Source: Nitriliruptoraceae bacterium (lineage in GTDB: Bacteria > Actinomycetota > Nitriliruptoria > Nitriliruptorales > Nitriliruptoraceae). Taken from it: a stretch of 38,453 nt of DNA. The position numbers and the translations under genes were made by a program. The DNA is taken from positions 1 to 38,453 of the forward strand of contig SLLJ01000408.1 in assembly GCA_007134165.1 (NCBI GenBank), written 5' to 3'. Within the stretch, counting starts at the first letter, position 1; every line of letters begins with the position of its first letter. Shown here piece by piece: positions 28,183 to 36,229 of this stretch. The notes beneath the pieces were generated by a model that made no database searches, was not told where the DNA came from, and saw only the letters and a list, made by a program, of their open reading frames with translations.

Positions 28183-29105
28183 TCGTGCTGCGCGAAGCGT
28201 CGCAGCGCGCAGTCGTCGCGGCTGAGCACCCAGATCTCGCTGCGGGTGTAGGCGATCCCGGGCGCGTCGGGGGTCACGAGGCCGAGCACGACCACCGCTT
28301 CGTCGTCGAACCAGGCGAGCTCGGCGTAGGCGGGGATCGCCGCCGGATCGGGGGTCAGCACGACCTCCAGGCACCGGGCGACGGCCTGCCTGGGGTCCTC
28401 GGTCACGTCGTTCTCGGCCACGTCGTCGGGTGCGTCCGCGAAATCGTCAGGAAGCGCGTCGCCGGCAGGGTCGAACTCGGTCTCCGGAGTGGCGGCCATG
28501 GCCGCGGCCTCGGGTCCGCCCAGCTCGTCACGCACCTGGGCAGCGAGTTGCTCTCCTGCCGACGCGTCCAGGGCCAGCTCGGTGACGGCGAGGAGCGCTG
28601 GGTCGTCGAGCAGTGCGTCGGCCAGCTCCGCGTCGAGCTCGCGGTCCTCGTCGACCACCGCCACCCGGGGTGCGTCGGCGTCCGAGCGCAGCGCGTCGCC
28701 GGGCTCTCCCGCCCGTTCCATCGCGATGGTGTCCGCCGTGTCCTCGGCGGGACCCTCGCCCCCGATCAGCAGCACGCCGGTACCAGCCACGGCCAGCACT
28801 GCCGCCGCCGCGGCGGCCGGGACCCAGCGTCGGGCCGGTCGCCGGGCTCGACGCCGTGCGGCCAGCTCGTCGCCCTGCGACACCTGCGCCGAGATCACCG
28901 GCGCCAGCTGGGCCTCGAGCCTGGCTGCGAGCCCATCGGGCTCGGCGGTGGGCGCGAGGCCGGCGAGAGCCGCGTCGGCACGCTCGAGCGCCGCCAGTTG
29001 GCGGGCGAACTCGGGGTCCGCGACGAGCGAGGCGCGCACGCGCTCGGCGTCGTCGAGGGGGAGCTCGCCGGCCAGGTACGCGGCCAGGCGGTCGACGGAT
29101 TCCAC
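28179..29105 (-). CDS. putative single-pass anti-sigma factor
   Basis: N-terminal VESVDRLAAYLAGELPLDDAERVRASLVADPEFARQL, an anti-sigma-like helix pattern with no HxxxCxxC. One TM helix (VPAAAAAAVLAVAGTGVLLIGG) and an acidic ectodomain. It follows the ECF sigma gene. GAGGA SD. The start coordinate is set in frame with the ORF track. Confidence 0.65.
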   Translation of the reverse strand: MESVDRLAAYLAGELPLDDAERVRASLVADPEFARQLAALERADAALAGLAPTAEPDGLAARLEAQLAPVISAQVSQGDELAARRRARRPARRWVPAAAAAAVLAVAGTGVLLIGGEGPAEDTADTIAMERAGEPGDALRSDADAPRVAVVDEDRELDAELADALLDDPALLAVTELALDASAGEQLAAQVRDELGGPEAAAMAATPETEFDPAGDALPDDFADAPDDVAENDVTEDPRQAVARCLEVVLTPDPAAIPAYAELAWFDDEAVVVLGLVTPDAPGIAYTRSEIWVLSRDDCALRRFAQHD

Positions 29106-29166
29106 GGGAGATCCTCGGGGGTCGGCATCGGTGGGACGACGTCGACGTCGGTCGGGTTGCGGGCAT

Positions 29167-29781
29167 TCAGGCCGGTGGTGCTCGAGGCGCACCCTCCGGT
29201 CGCTGGTCGGGTGCTTCGGCCAGCAGCTCGCCCAGCCGCAGCCGGGCCCGTGACACGCGGCTCTTGACCGTGCCCACGGGCAGGCCGGTGGCCGCCGCTG
29301 CGTCGGCGTAGGACAGTCCCTCGACCGTGACCAGCAGCAGCAGCCGCCGCGAGCGCTCGTCGAGCCCGGCCAGGGCCGTACGCAACGCGTCGGCGGTGGC
29401 ACTGGCTTCGGTGTGGTCCTCGACGACCGGCTCCTCGATGGTGCGGATCTCGGCGACCGGGGTCGAGGGGCGGCGGGCGTCGTGGCGCACCTGGTCGATG
29501 GACACGTTGCGGGCCACCCGGTACAGCCACGTCGACAGCTTCGCCTCGCCACGGAATCCCCCGCCGCGGCGCGCCAGACGCACGAAGGTCTCCTGGGTGG
29601 CATCCTCGGCGTCCTGGGCATGACCGAGCACCTGGTAACACACCACGAACAGCCGGCGGCGGTAGCGCTCGACCAGGGCGTCGAACGCTGCCTCGCGGCG
29701 TGCGACCGGGACGGAGACGTCGAGGTAGCGGGTGAGCAGCATCTCGTCGGTCCAGTCCGAGCCGGCGGTGTCCGACGCCAC
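29167..29781 (-). CDS. ECF-family RNA polymerase sigma factor (SigM-like by position)
   Basis: Region 2 (DAEDATQETFVRLAR...WLYRVARNVSID) and region 4 (LLLLVTVEGLSYADAAAATGLPVGTVKSRVSRAR). Start GTG 29781, with ATG 29742 as an alternative. The rest of the 501-aa track ORF is an artefact. Confidence 0.9.
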   Translation of the reverse strand: MASDTAGSDWTDEMLLTRYLDVSVPVARREAAFDALVERYRRRLFVVCYQVLGHAQDAEDATQETFVRLARRGGGFRGEAKLSTWLYRVARNVSIDQVRHDARRPSTPVAEIRTIEEPVVEDHTEASATADALRTALAGLDERSRRLLLLVTVEGLSYADAAAATGLPVGTVKSRVSRARLRLGELLAEAPDQRPEGAPRAPPA

Positions 29782-29783
29782 GG

Positions 29784-31508
29784 TCAGGACGGGCCGAGGA
29801 AGCGGACGTCCGCGACCTCGGCGAGGTAGCCGTCCGAGCTCAGGGACAGGCCGGTGATCCACAGCAGCCAATAGCGGCGGGTGATGGGGCTGAACTGGAA
29901 CGGCTGGGTGGTCTGGATGTCGGCCATCGCGGTGCGGGGCTCTCCCCAGCCGTCGAGGTCGTCGGCGTCGGGCAGCTCGTCGGTGGCGTACAGCGCGACG
30001 TCGAGGCCCCCGCGCACCAGTTCGATGGTGATGCCCCGCACCTCGGCGGGCTCGCCGAGGTCGAACACCAACCCGATGCCGTCTCGGTCCGCGTCGAGGT
30101 CGCGCTCGGTGAACAGCGGGGAGGACCACGCGGTCTGAGGCGCACCGTCGATCGCCAGCTCCGCTTCGGGCGCGGCCTCGAGCAGGTCCGCGGTCGGGTC
30201 GAGGACCAGCACCTGCTCCACGCGCCACTGCACCGCCTCGGGAGGGGCGGGGGACTCTTCCTCCTGCAGCGCCTGGGTCGCGAACCAGGCCACCAGTGCG
30301 AGCACGATCCCGCCGAGGAAGGCGAACAGCAGCCGCTGGGCGTACTCCCGCCGGGTGGTCGGCAGCGGTCCGCTCAGCGGACGCTGCTCGAGGTCGTCGA
30401 ACAGCGGCTCGCGCCCCTCGAGGTCGTCGAGCAGCATCGCGGTCAGCTCGCTGGGCTTGGCGGTGACGCCCGGCGCCAGCGCGGCGGCCATCGCCGCACC
30501 GTCGGGGTAACGTTCGGTCTGGTCGCGGCGGGTGGCGCGGACCACCACGTCGTCGAGGAAGCGGGGGATCTCGGCCCGGACCTGTCGGGGCGGCAACAGT
30601 TCGTGCGTCAGGCGCATGGCTGCGGTCGCGGTCGGGGTGTCGCCGCTGAACGCGGCACGGCCGGTGAGGCACTCGTAGAGCACCACGCCGAGCGCGTAGA
30701 TGTCGGCCCGGCCGTCGACGTTCTCGTCCTGGAGTTGTTCGGGAGCGACGTAGGCCGCGGTACCCACGACCGTGCCCGGCTTGGTGAGGGTGGCATCCGC
30801 CCCCGACAGGGCCTTGGCGATCCCGAAGTCGGTCACCTTCACGGTGCCGTCGGCGGCCAGCAGGATGTTGGCAGGCTTGACGTCACGGTGCACCAGCCCG
30901 TGAGTGTGCGCTGCGCCGAGCGCGGACGCGACCTGCTCACCGATGGCCGCGACCACGGCGGGCTCGAGCGGGTCCTCGCGCTTGAGCACCTGGCGCAGGC
31001 TCGGGCCGTCGACGTGCTCCATGACCAGGAAAACCAGCTCCCCGTCCTGGCCGGTGTCGTAGATGCGTACGGCGTTGGGGTGGCTGAGCTGCGCCGCCGC
31101 GCGCGACTCGCGCTCGAAGCGCTCGACCACGGTGGGGTCCGTTGCATGGTGGGGGTGGAGGAGCTTGATGGCCACCGTCCGTGACAGGTTCTGGTCGAAG
31201 GCCCGCCACACGATCGCCGCACCGCCAGACGCGATCGGTTCCTCCAGCAGGTAGCGATCGGCGAGGTGCGAGCGGTCCGGCCACGGTCGGGGCTCGGGCT
31301 CGGGTTCGGGTTCGGGTTCGGGCTCGGGCTCGGGCTCGGGCTCGGGTTCGGGTTCGGGCTCGGGTTTGCTCGCGCCCAAAGGGTCGGCGAGCTCCTCGCC
31401 CTCGTCCCCGAGCAGCGTCGGCGCATCACCGTCCGGGCCCACGCCTTCGGACCCGGGGACCGGATCGGCCGGGGTCGCGGGGCTGCCCTCGTCGGGTCTT
31501 GGATGCAC
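29784..31508 (-). CDS. transmembrane Ser/Thr protein kinase with an N-terminal (Pro-Glu)12 repeat and a C-terminal ectodomain
   Basis: [20 protein letters not shown] and GTAAYVAPE are all present. One TM helix ([22 protein letters not shown]) and an ectodomain of about 170 aa. Confidence 0.9.
   Translation of the reverse strand: MHPRPDEGSPATPADPVPGSEGVGPDGDAPTLLGDEGEELADPLGASKPEPEPEPEPEPEPEPEPEPEPEPEPRPWPDRSHLADRYLLEEPIASGGAAIVWRAFDQNLSRTVAIKLLHPHHATDPTVVERFERESRAAAQLSHPNAVRIYDTGQDGELVFLVMEHVDGPSLRQVLKREDPLEPAVVAAIGEQVASALGAAHTHGLVHRDVKPANILLAADGTVKVTDFGIAKALSGADATLTKPGTVVGTAAYVAPEQLQDENVDGRADIYALGVVLYECLTGRAAFSGDTPTATAAMRLTHELLPPRQVRAEIPRFLDDVVVRATRRDQTERYPDGAAMAAALAPGVTAKPSELTAMLLDDLEGREPLFDDLEQRPLSGPLPTTRREYAQRLLFAFLGGIVLALVAWFATQALQEEESPAPPEAVQWRVEQVLVLDPTADLLEAAPEAELAIDGAPQTAWSSPLFTERDLDADRDGIGLVFDLGEPAEVRGITIELVRGGLDVALYATDELPDADDLDGWGEPRTAMADIQTTQPFQFSPITRRYWLLWITGLSLSSDGYLAEVADVRFLGPS
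31291..31362 (-). repeat. hexanucleotide microsatellite (plus strand GGYTCG x12)
   Basis: Twelve consecutive 6-nt units read directly, with degenerate flanking units. They encode PEPEPE... in the kinase N-terminus. Confidence 0.95.
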
Positions 31509-31515
31509 GGTGATC

Positions 31516-31893
31516 TCAGGACTGCCAGGTGATGCGCGTGGTCACCGATGCCACGGTGAGGTCCTCGAGCGGACCGATGCGGTGGGTGACCAGGGTCGGA
31601 GCCTGCCGCTGCAGGGTGATCACCAGATCCTCTCCCTCGTCTTCGAGCGCAACCACCTCGGCGTCGTGCCGGTCGGCCACGGCGACCGCCGCTTGAGTTG
31701 CCACCTCCACCGACTGCTCGGAACGGTAGGCGTCTCGCGCGGCCCGTGCGACCTCACGCGCGTGGTCGTCGAGCGCGAACGTGGTGACCCCGATCGAGAT
31801 GACCTCGTAGGCCACGAGGGCCAGCACGGCCACGGTGAGCAGCATCTTGACCAGCCATCCGGTGATGATCTCGCCACGCTCGAGTTGGTCCAC
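31516..31893 (-). CDS. small N-terminally anchored membrane protein (125 aa), unknown function
   Basis: GTG 31893 (in frame) is preceded by GGAGGAA at 8 nt. The N-terminus [27 protein letters not shown] is faintly TadE-like. It ends 7 nt before the kinase start. Confidence 0.55.
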   Translation of the reverse strand: MDQLERGEIITGWLVKMLLTVAVLALVAYEVISIGVTTFALDDHAREVARAARDAYRSEQSVEVATQAAVAVADRHDAEVVALEDEGEDLVITLQRQAPTLVTHRIGPLEDLTVASVTTRITWQS

Positions 31894-31908
31894 GATCCGG
31901 CTTCCTCC

Positions 31909-31973
31909 GACACGGTGCGCGTCCGGTGGCCGACACGGTACGCGTCCGGTGGCCGACACGGTACGCGTCCGGG
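31909..31973. repeat. 23-bp tandem repeat, about 2.8 copies, each unit with an internal dyad
   Basis: The units are GACACGGTGCGCGTCCGGTGGCC, GACACGGTACGCGTCCGGTGGCC and GACACGGTACGCGTCCGGG. Each carries GACACG-GTA-CGCGTC, an imperfect inverted repeat. Confidence 0.9.
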
Positions 31974-31986
31974 AAGCTGGCGGGGG

Positions 31987-34095
31987 TCACACGATCTCCA
32001 GCCGTGGACGACGGCGCTGACGCCCACCGCGTACCGACCCCGCCAGCAGGAGGGTGGCCACCAGAGCGGCGGTCAGCGTCAGCGCCACCCCGGACACGGC
32101 GGTGGAACGCACCGAGATCGTCGTGCGATCCAACTCGCGGTCACCCGCGAGGACCCGGACGGTGACCGGCACGGTCCCGGTCGAGCGCGCCTGGGTCGGG
32201 AACGACAGGGTACGGGCACTGCCCTCCTCGAGCACGAAGGATGCCGAGCGCCGGCCCTCGGGCCAGGCCAACCTTGCCGGGGAGGACACCTCGACCTCGA
32301 CGGTGAGCGGTTCGCCGCGCAGACGCTGGACGGTGACCGGAACGTCGCCGCTGTCCGCGGTGAGCGTCACCTGCGCACCCCCGACGACCTCGACGTCGCC
32401 GAAGCGTTCGTCGAGGTCGCGGGCGACGTCACGCACGAGCGCCTCGGCCTCACCGCCGACCATGCCCGTGAACTCCTCCGAGGTCGAGCGCAGCAGTTGG
32501 TCCCGCAGGACACCGGCCGGGCGGCGCTCGTCGGGCGGCTGGTCGGTGGGACGGGCGGCGATGTAGGCCTCGAGGTCGCGCAGCGCGTCGGCGAGCGCAT
32601 CGAGCACCTCGGGGGCTCGGTCGGGCCGATCGGGGTCCTCGGCGAAGCTCACCGCGGTGTCGCCACCGCGGGCGCGGGTCGCGAGCGTGGCCGGGTCGAC
32701 CAACTCGAGCCAGGGCAGGTCGGGCAGCTGGGCGATCAGCGCGGTGGCCAGGTCCGGGCCGGGGTCGAACGACTCCGGGGGCAGGATCAGCAGGGCTCGT
32801 CCCGGGTCGGTCGGGTCCTCCAGGGCGTACTGTGCGCTCTGGGCGATGACGCGCTGCACGTCGAGCACGGGACCCGCCGGCGACCGCGTGGCCAGCGACG
32901 CGGTCAGGGCGGCGTCGCTGACCAGCCCGGTCAGGAGTCGTCCGGTGGCGCTGCGCACCGGGCGCACCGTGCCGTGCTCCGCGGCTGCGTCCACGACCTC
33001 GGCGGGCAGCAGCAGCACGTTGCCCGGCAGCACCTCGACGGAGGCGGGGTCGAGCCGTGCGCCGGCCAGGTGGGCAGCGCCGTCGACGCGGCGGTCGAGC
33101 AGCGGCAGCGCCCGGCGGCGAGCGTCGGCGGCCGCTTCGCCCGCCAGGTCCCGCAGGATCGGCTCGCTGGCGGTCAGCGCCACCAGGTCAGCGTCGGCGT
33201 AGGCGCCCACCACCGGGGCGAAGGGCAGCGTGGCCGTCACGGCACGGATGCGCTGGAGCACGTCGTTGGACGTGCGGGCCTCACGGTCCTCCGGCTCCAC
33301 CAGCTGCCGTTCGAGGCTTCCATCCGGTCGGCGCTCGAGGGCGACGAAACCGTCGGCGCGGTCGAGCAGGTCCTCGACCACGTGCACCGCCGGCGCGAGC
33401 ACCACGGGGGCCTCGGGGCGCGCCTCCAGCGCCCGCAGCAGGACGTCGAGGCGTCCGCCCGGACGCGTCAACCGGTCCACTTCGAGCGGGTAGGCCCCGT
33501 CGACGGTACGCCAGGGTGCGTCGCTCAGGGGCCAGACCATGGTCGTAGGAAGCGGATCGACCGGTGGCCGCGTGACCCGGACCACGGCGGTGACCACCTC
33601 GTCGAGGATCCGGGCGCCGCGCAGCACCGCGATCCTGACCGGGTGCACGCTCGTGGTGGTGGGCCAGTCGACCTCGGCCGGACGGAAGGACGCGGCCACG
33701 CCGCCGAGTTCGCCGGGCGGCAGCCTCCCCCCGCCGCGCAGGTCCTGGCCCTGCACCGCCAGCGGCGCGGAGGCGAGCGTGCCCTGCAGCGCCCGGTCCA
33801 GTTCGCCGCGGTCGGCGACGCCGGGATGGACCTCCACCACCACGCGGAGCTGATCGAGCTCGCGCTGGCCGGTGTTCTCGACCAGCACCCGCAGGCCAAG
33901 CTCGAGGTGACGCCGTGCCGCCGTGGGGTGGCTGCCCGGACCGATCACGCCCGTGAGGTCGGACACGATCAGCGCCGCCTGCTCCGAGGTGTCGGACCGG
34001 GCCGGGTGAGCGGTGAGCACGGTGGCCACGATCACGACGGCGAACGCCACGAGCACGTGCACGACGCTGCGGGCGGCCGGGGCCGACCGACTCAC
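31987..34095 (-). CDS. large secreted, C-terminally anchored protein (Rv3909-like, DUF6049-type by position and architecture)
   Basis: GTG 34095 (in frame) overlaps the NUDIX stop (GTGA). It has a signal-like N-terminus (VVHVLVAFAVVIVATVLTAHPARS), about 650 aa of Ala/Leu/Asp/Arg-rich ectodomain, and a C-terminal TM helix plus RRRPR tail. Confidence 0.75.
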   Translation of the reverse strand: MSRSAPAARSVVHVLVAFAVVIVATVLTAHPARSDTSEQAALIVSDLTGVIGPGSHPTAARRHLELGLRVLVENTGQRELDQLRVVVEVHPGVADRGELDRALQGTLASAPLAVQGQDLRGGGRLPPGELGGVAASFRPAEVDWPTTTSVHPVRIAVLRGARILDEVVTAVVRVTRPPVDPLPTTMVWPLSDAPWRTVDGAYPLEVDRLTRPGGRLDVLLRALEARPEAPVVLAPAVHVVEDLLDRADGFVALERRPDGSLERQLVEPEDREARTSNDVLQRIRAVTATLPFAPVVGAYADADLVALTASEPILRDLAGEAAADARRRALPLLDRRVDGAAHLAGARLDPASVEVLPGNVLLLPAEVVDAAAEHGTVRPVRSATGRLLTGLVSDAALTASLATRSPAGPVLDVQRVIAQSAQYALEDPTDPGRALLILPPESFDPGPDLATALIAQLPDLPWLELVDPATLATRARGGDTAVSFAEDPDRPDRAPEVLDALADALRDLEAYIAARPTDQPPDERRPAGVLRDQLLRSTSEEFTGMVGGEAEALVRDVARDLDERFGDVEVVGGAQVTLTADSGDVPVTVQRLRGEPLTVEVEVSSPARLAWPEGRRSASFVLEEGSARTLSFPTQARSTGTVPVTVRVLAGDRELDRTTISVRSTAVSGVALTLTAALVATLLLAGSVRGGRQRRRPRLEIV

Positions 34096-34562
34096 CGCTC
34101 GGTGCGCACGTCGACGGGGGTGGCGGCCCGCCCCGCGGCGAGCTCCACCAGCCGGCGCTCGTTGCGATGTGCGAGGCGGACCAGCGCGATGTCGGAGGGG
34201 ACCCATTCGACGTGCTCCGCCTCGTCGTCGTGCTCGCCGGCCGGCTGTCCGTCCCACCACATCAGGTAGTAGTGCACGTACTTGTGGTACCGGACGCGGT
34301 CGGGACGCCAGACGAACCAGTAGTCGATGGTGCCGAGCTGCTGGTCGATCACCGCGCCGTGCCCGGTCTCCTCGCGCACCTCGCGCAGGGCGGCCTGTTC
34401 CTCGGTCTCGCCGGGCTCGATGCCGCCCTTGGGGAGCGTCCACTGCGGCTTTCCCGCGGCGTTGCGTCGGGCGATGAGCAGCACCCAGCGGCGACCGTCG
34501 CCTCGGTCGTCGCAGACCACGCCACCGGCTGAGGTGGCCCGTCGCGTCGGGTACCTGGGCAT
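34092..34562 (-). CDS. NUDIX hydrolase (MutT4-like by position)
   Basis: Nudix box GGIEPGETEEQAALREVREETG. Start at ATG 34562 (in frame). The upstream 180 codons of the track ORF are antisense to dtd. Confidence 0.9.
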   Translation of the reverse strand: MPRYPTRRATSAGGVVCDDRGDGRRWVLLIARRNAAGKPQWTLPKGGIEPGETEEQAALREVREETGHGAVIDQQLGTIDYWFVWRPDRVRYHKYVHYYLMWWDGQPAGEHDDEAEHVEWVPSDIALVRLAHRNERRLVELAAGRAATPVDVRTER

Positions 34563-34628
34563 AGCGTCAGGGTAGCGTCCGGGACCCGGACCGCGTCCTT
34601 CGCCGGGCCGCGGGCCGAGGAGGAGCAC

Positions 34629-35093
34629 ATGAGGGCACTGGTGCAGCGTGCCGCCAGCGGTTGGGTGCTGGTCGAGCAGCCCGGACCCGACGGAAAGCGG
34701 ACGTGGGTCGAGACCGGCCGGATCGGTCGAGGCCTGGTCGTACTGCTCGGGGTGACCCACGACGACGAGGTGGCGTGCGCTGAGCGCATGGCGCAGAAGC
34801 TGTGGAACCTGCGGGTGTTCGCCGACGAGTCCGGCGTGATGAACCAAAGCTGTGCCGAGGTGGGCGGCGACCTGCTGGTCGTGAGTCAGTTCACCCTCTA
34901 CGGGGACACCCGCAAGGGTCGACGCCCCTCGTATGTCGCCGCCGCAGCGTCCGAGCAGGCCGAACCGCTGGTGGAAGCGGTGGTCGAGCACCTGCGCGCG
35001 ATGGGCGGCGTGGTGGCGACCGGGCGGTTCGGTGCGATGATGCAGGTCGGGATCGTCAACGACGGTCCGGTTACGCTGTGGGTGGAGCTGTGA
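34629..35093 (+). CDS. dtd: D-aminoacyl-tRNA deacylase
   Basis: Contains MRALVQRA, SQFTLYGDTRKGRRPS and NDGPVTLWVEL. GAGGAGG SD. Confidence 0.93.
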   Translation: MRALVQRAASGWVLVEQPGPDGKRTWVETGRIGRGLVVLLGVTHDDEVACAERMAQKLWNLRVFADESGVMNQSCAEVGGDLLVVSQFTLYGDTRKGRRPSYVAAAASEQAEPLVEAVVEHLRAMGGVVATGRFGAMMQVGIVNDGPVTLWVEL

Positions 35094-35142
35094 GCGCGTC
35101 ATGCAGCTGGGGTACCGCCGGTCCGGGAACGGGAGGTTGACG

Positions 35143-36225
35143 GTGGAGAGCGTCGATCGTTACTTGCAACTGCTGGTCGAGTCCGGCGGCTCGGACCTGC
35201 ACCTGAAGGCCGGGGGCCCCGCCTACGTGCGGGTCGACGGTGACCTCAAGCCGGTCACCTACCTGCCGCCGCTGTCCCCGTCGGACACCGAGTCGTTCGC
35301 CTACGCCATGATGGACACCCGGGCGGTCGCCCGCTTCGAGGAATCCCGCGAGGCGGACTTCGCCTACTCGCTGTCCGGCGTGGGGCGTTTCCGTGTCAAC
35401 GCCTTCCGCCAGCGGGGTGCCGTCGGCGTGGTGTGCCGGCGTGTGCTTCCCAGCTCCCAGAGCTTCGAGGAGCTCGGGCTCCCACCTTCGGTGCGCACCC
35501 TGGCCGAGGAGCACCGCGGCCTGGTGCTGGTCACCGGCCCGACCGGCTCGGGCAAGACCACGACCACCGCCGCCCTCCTGAACCACATCAACCGCAGCCG
35601 GCGCTGCCACATCGTCACCATCGAAGACCCGATCGAGGTCATGCACCGCGACGACAAGGCGATCATCGACCAGCGTGAGATCGGGGTCGACACCGACGAC
35701 TTCTCCACCGCGCTGAAGGCGGTTTCCCGCCAGGACCCCGACGTGATCTTCATCGGGGAGATGCGTGACCTCGAGACCGTCACCGCGGCCCTGCAGGCGG
35801 CCGAGACCGGCCACCTGGTCATCTCCACGCTGCACACCACCGACGCGCGCGAAACCATCAACCGGGTGGTGGACCTGTACCCCAAGGAGCAGCAGGCGCA
35901 GGCCCGGCTGTCGCTGGCCAACTCACTCAAGGGCATCGTCTGCCAGCGGCTCGCACCGCGGGCCACCGGTGACGGCCGGGTCGCGGTCGTCGAGGTGATG
36001 GTGATGACCACGAGGTTCTACGAGTTCCTCACCGACCCCGCCCAGTTGGTCCACATCGAGGAGGCGATCGCCGAGGGCAGCTACTACGGCATGCAGACCT
36101 TCGATCAGCATCTGCTGCAGTTGTACGCCGACGGCGTCGTGTCGCTCCGCGATGCCCTGCTGACCGCGACCAACGCCCACGACTTCCGCGTCGCGCTGCG
36201 AAGCGCCGGGCTGGCGACGGCCTGA
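35143..36225 (+). CDS. PilT/PilU-family type IV pilus retraction-type ATPase
   Basis: Walker A (GPTGSGKTTT), Asp box, Walker B (DVIFIGEMRD) and His box (GHLVISTLHTTDA). I prefer GTG 35143 (GGGAGG SD at 6 nt). ATG 35101 is the alternative. Confidence 0.88.
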   Translation: MESVDRYLQLLVESGGSDLHLKAGGPAYVRVDGDLKPVTYLPPLSPSDTESFAYAMMDTRAVARFEESREADFAYSLSGVGRFRVNAFRQRGAVGVVCRRVLPSSQSFEELGLPPSVRTLAEEHRGLVLVTGPTGSGKTTTTAALLNHINRSRRCHIVTIEDPIEVMHRDDKAIIDQREIGVDTDDFSTALKAVSRQDPDVIFIGEMRDLETVTAALQAAETGHLVISTLHTTDARETINRVVDLYPKEQQAQARLSLANSLKGIVCQRLAPRATGDGRVAVVEVMVMTTRFYEFLTDPAQLVHIEEAIAEGSYYGMQTFDQHLLQLYADGVVSLRDALLTATNAHDFRVALRSAGLATA

Positions 36226-36229
36226 GGCC

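Noticed and set aside
29040-29161. Apparent one-base register mismatch between the printed sequence and the ORF-track translations at the line boundaries 29040/29041 and 29160/29161
   Set aside because: In all frames the track peptides imply CACGCGCTCGG and TTGCGGGCAT. I read CACGGCTCGG and TTGCGGGGCAT. The two differences cancel out and sit exactly at line breaks. I treat this as a formatting or reading artefact, not a biological frameshift. The anti-sigma start (29105) is placed in the ORF-track frame.
29167-30672. 5' extensions of the ECF sigma ORF (501 aa), the anti-sigma ORF (28179-29621, 480 aa), the NUDIX ORF (34092-35102, 336 aa), the Rv3909-like ORF (31987-34443, 818 aa) and the dnaA ORF (to 13504)
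   Set aside because: In each case the extension overlaps the upstream gene in another frame and is Arg/Pro-rich. The family-typical N-terminus begins at an internal in-frame GTG or ATG with an SD or a stop-start overlap.
31291-31973. Possibility that the 6-bp, 15-bp or 23-bp tandem repeats (also at 15860-15919 and 27801-27845) are CRISPR arrays
   Set aside because: The units are directly adjacent with no spacers of about 30 nt. Three of the four repeats are in-frame coding repeats. No cas genes are present.
31366-34269. 967-aa plus-strand ORF, the longest in the window
   Set aside because: It is entirely antisense to the Rv3909-like gene and the 125-aa ORF. Its composition is Arg/Gly/His/Asp/Pro-rich, as expected from reading a GC3-rich gene backwards. 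It has no recognisable domains.
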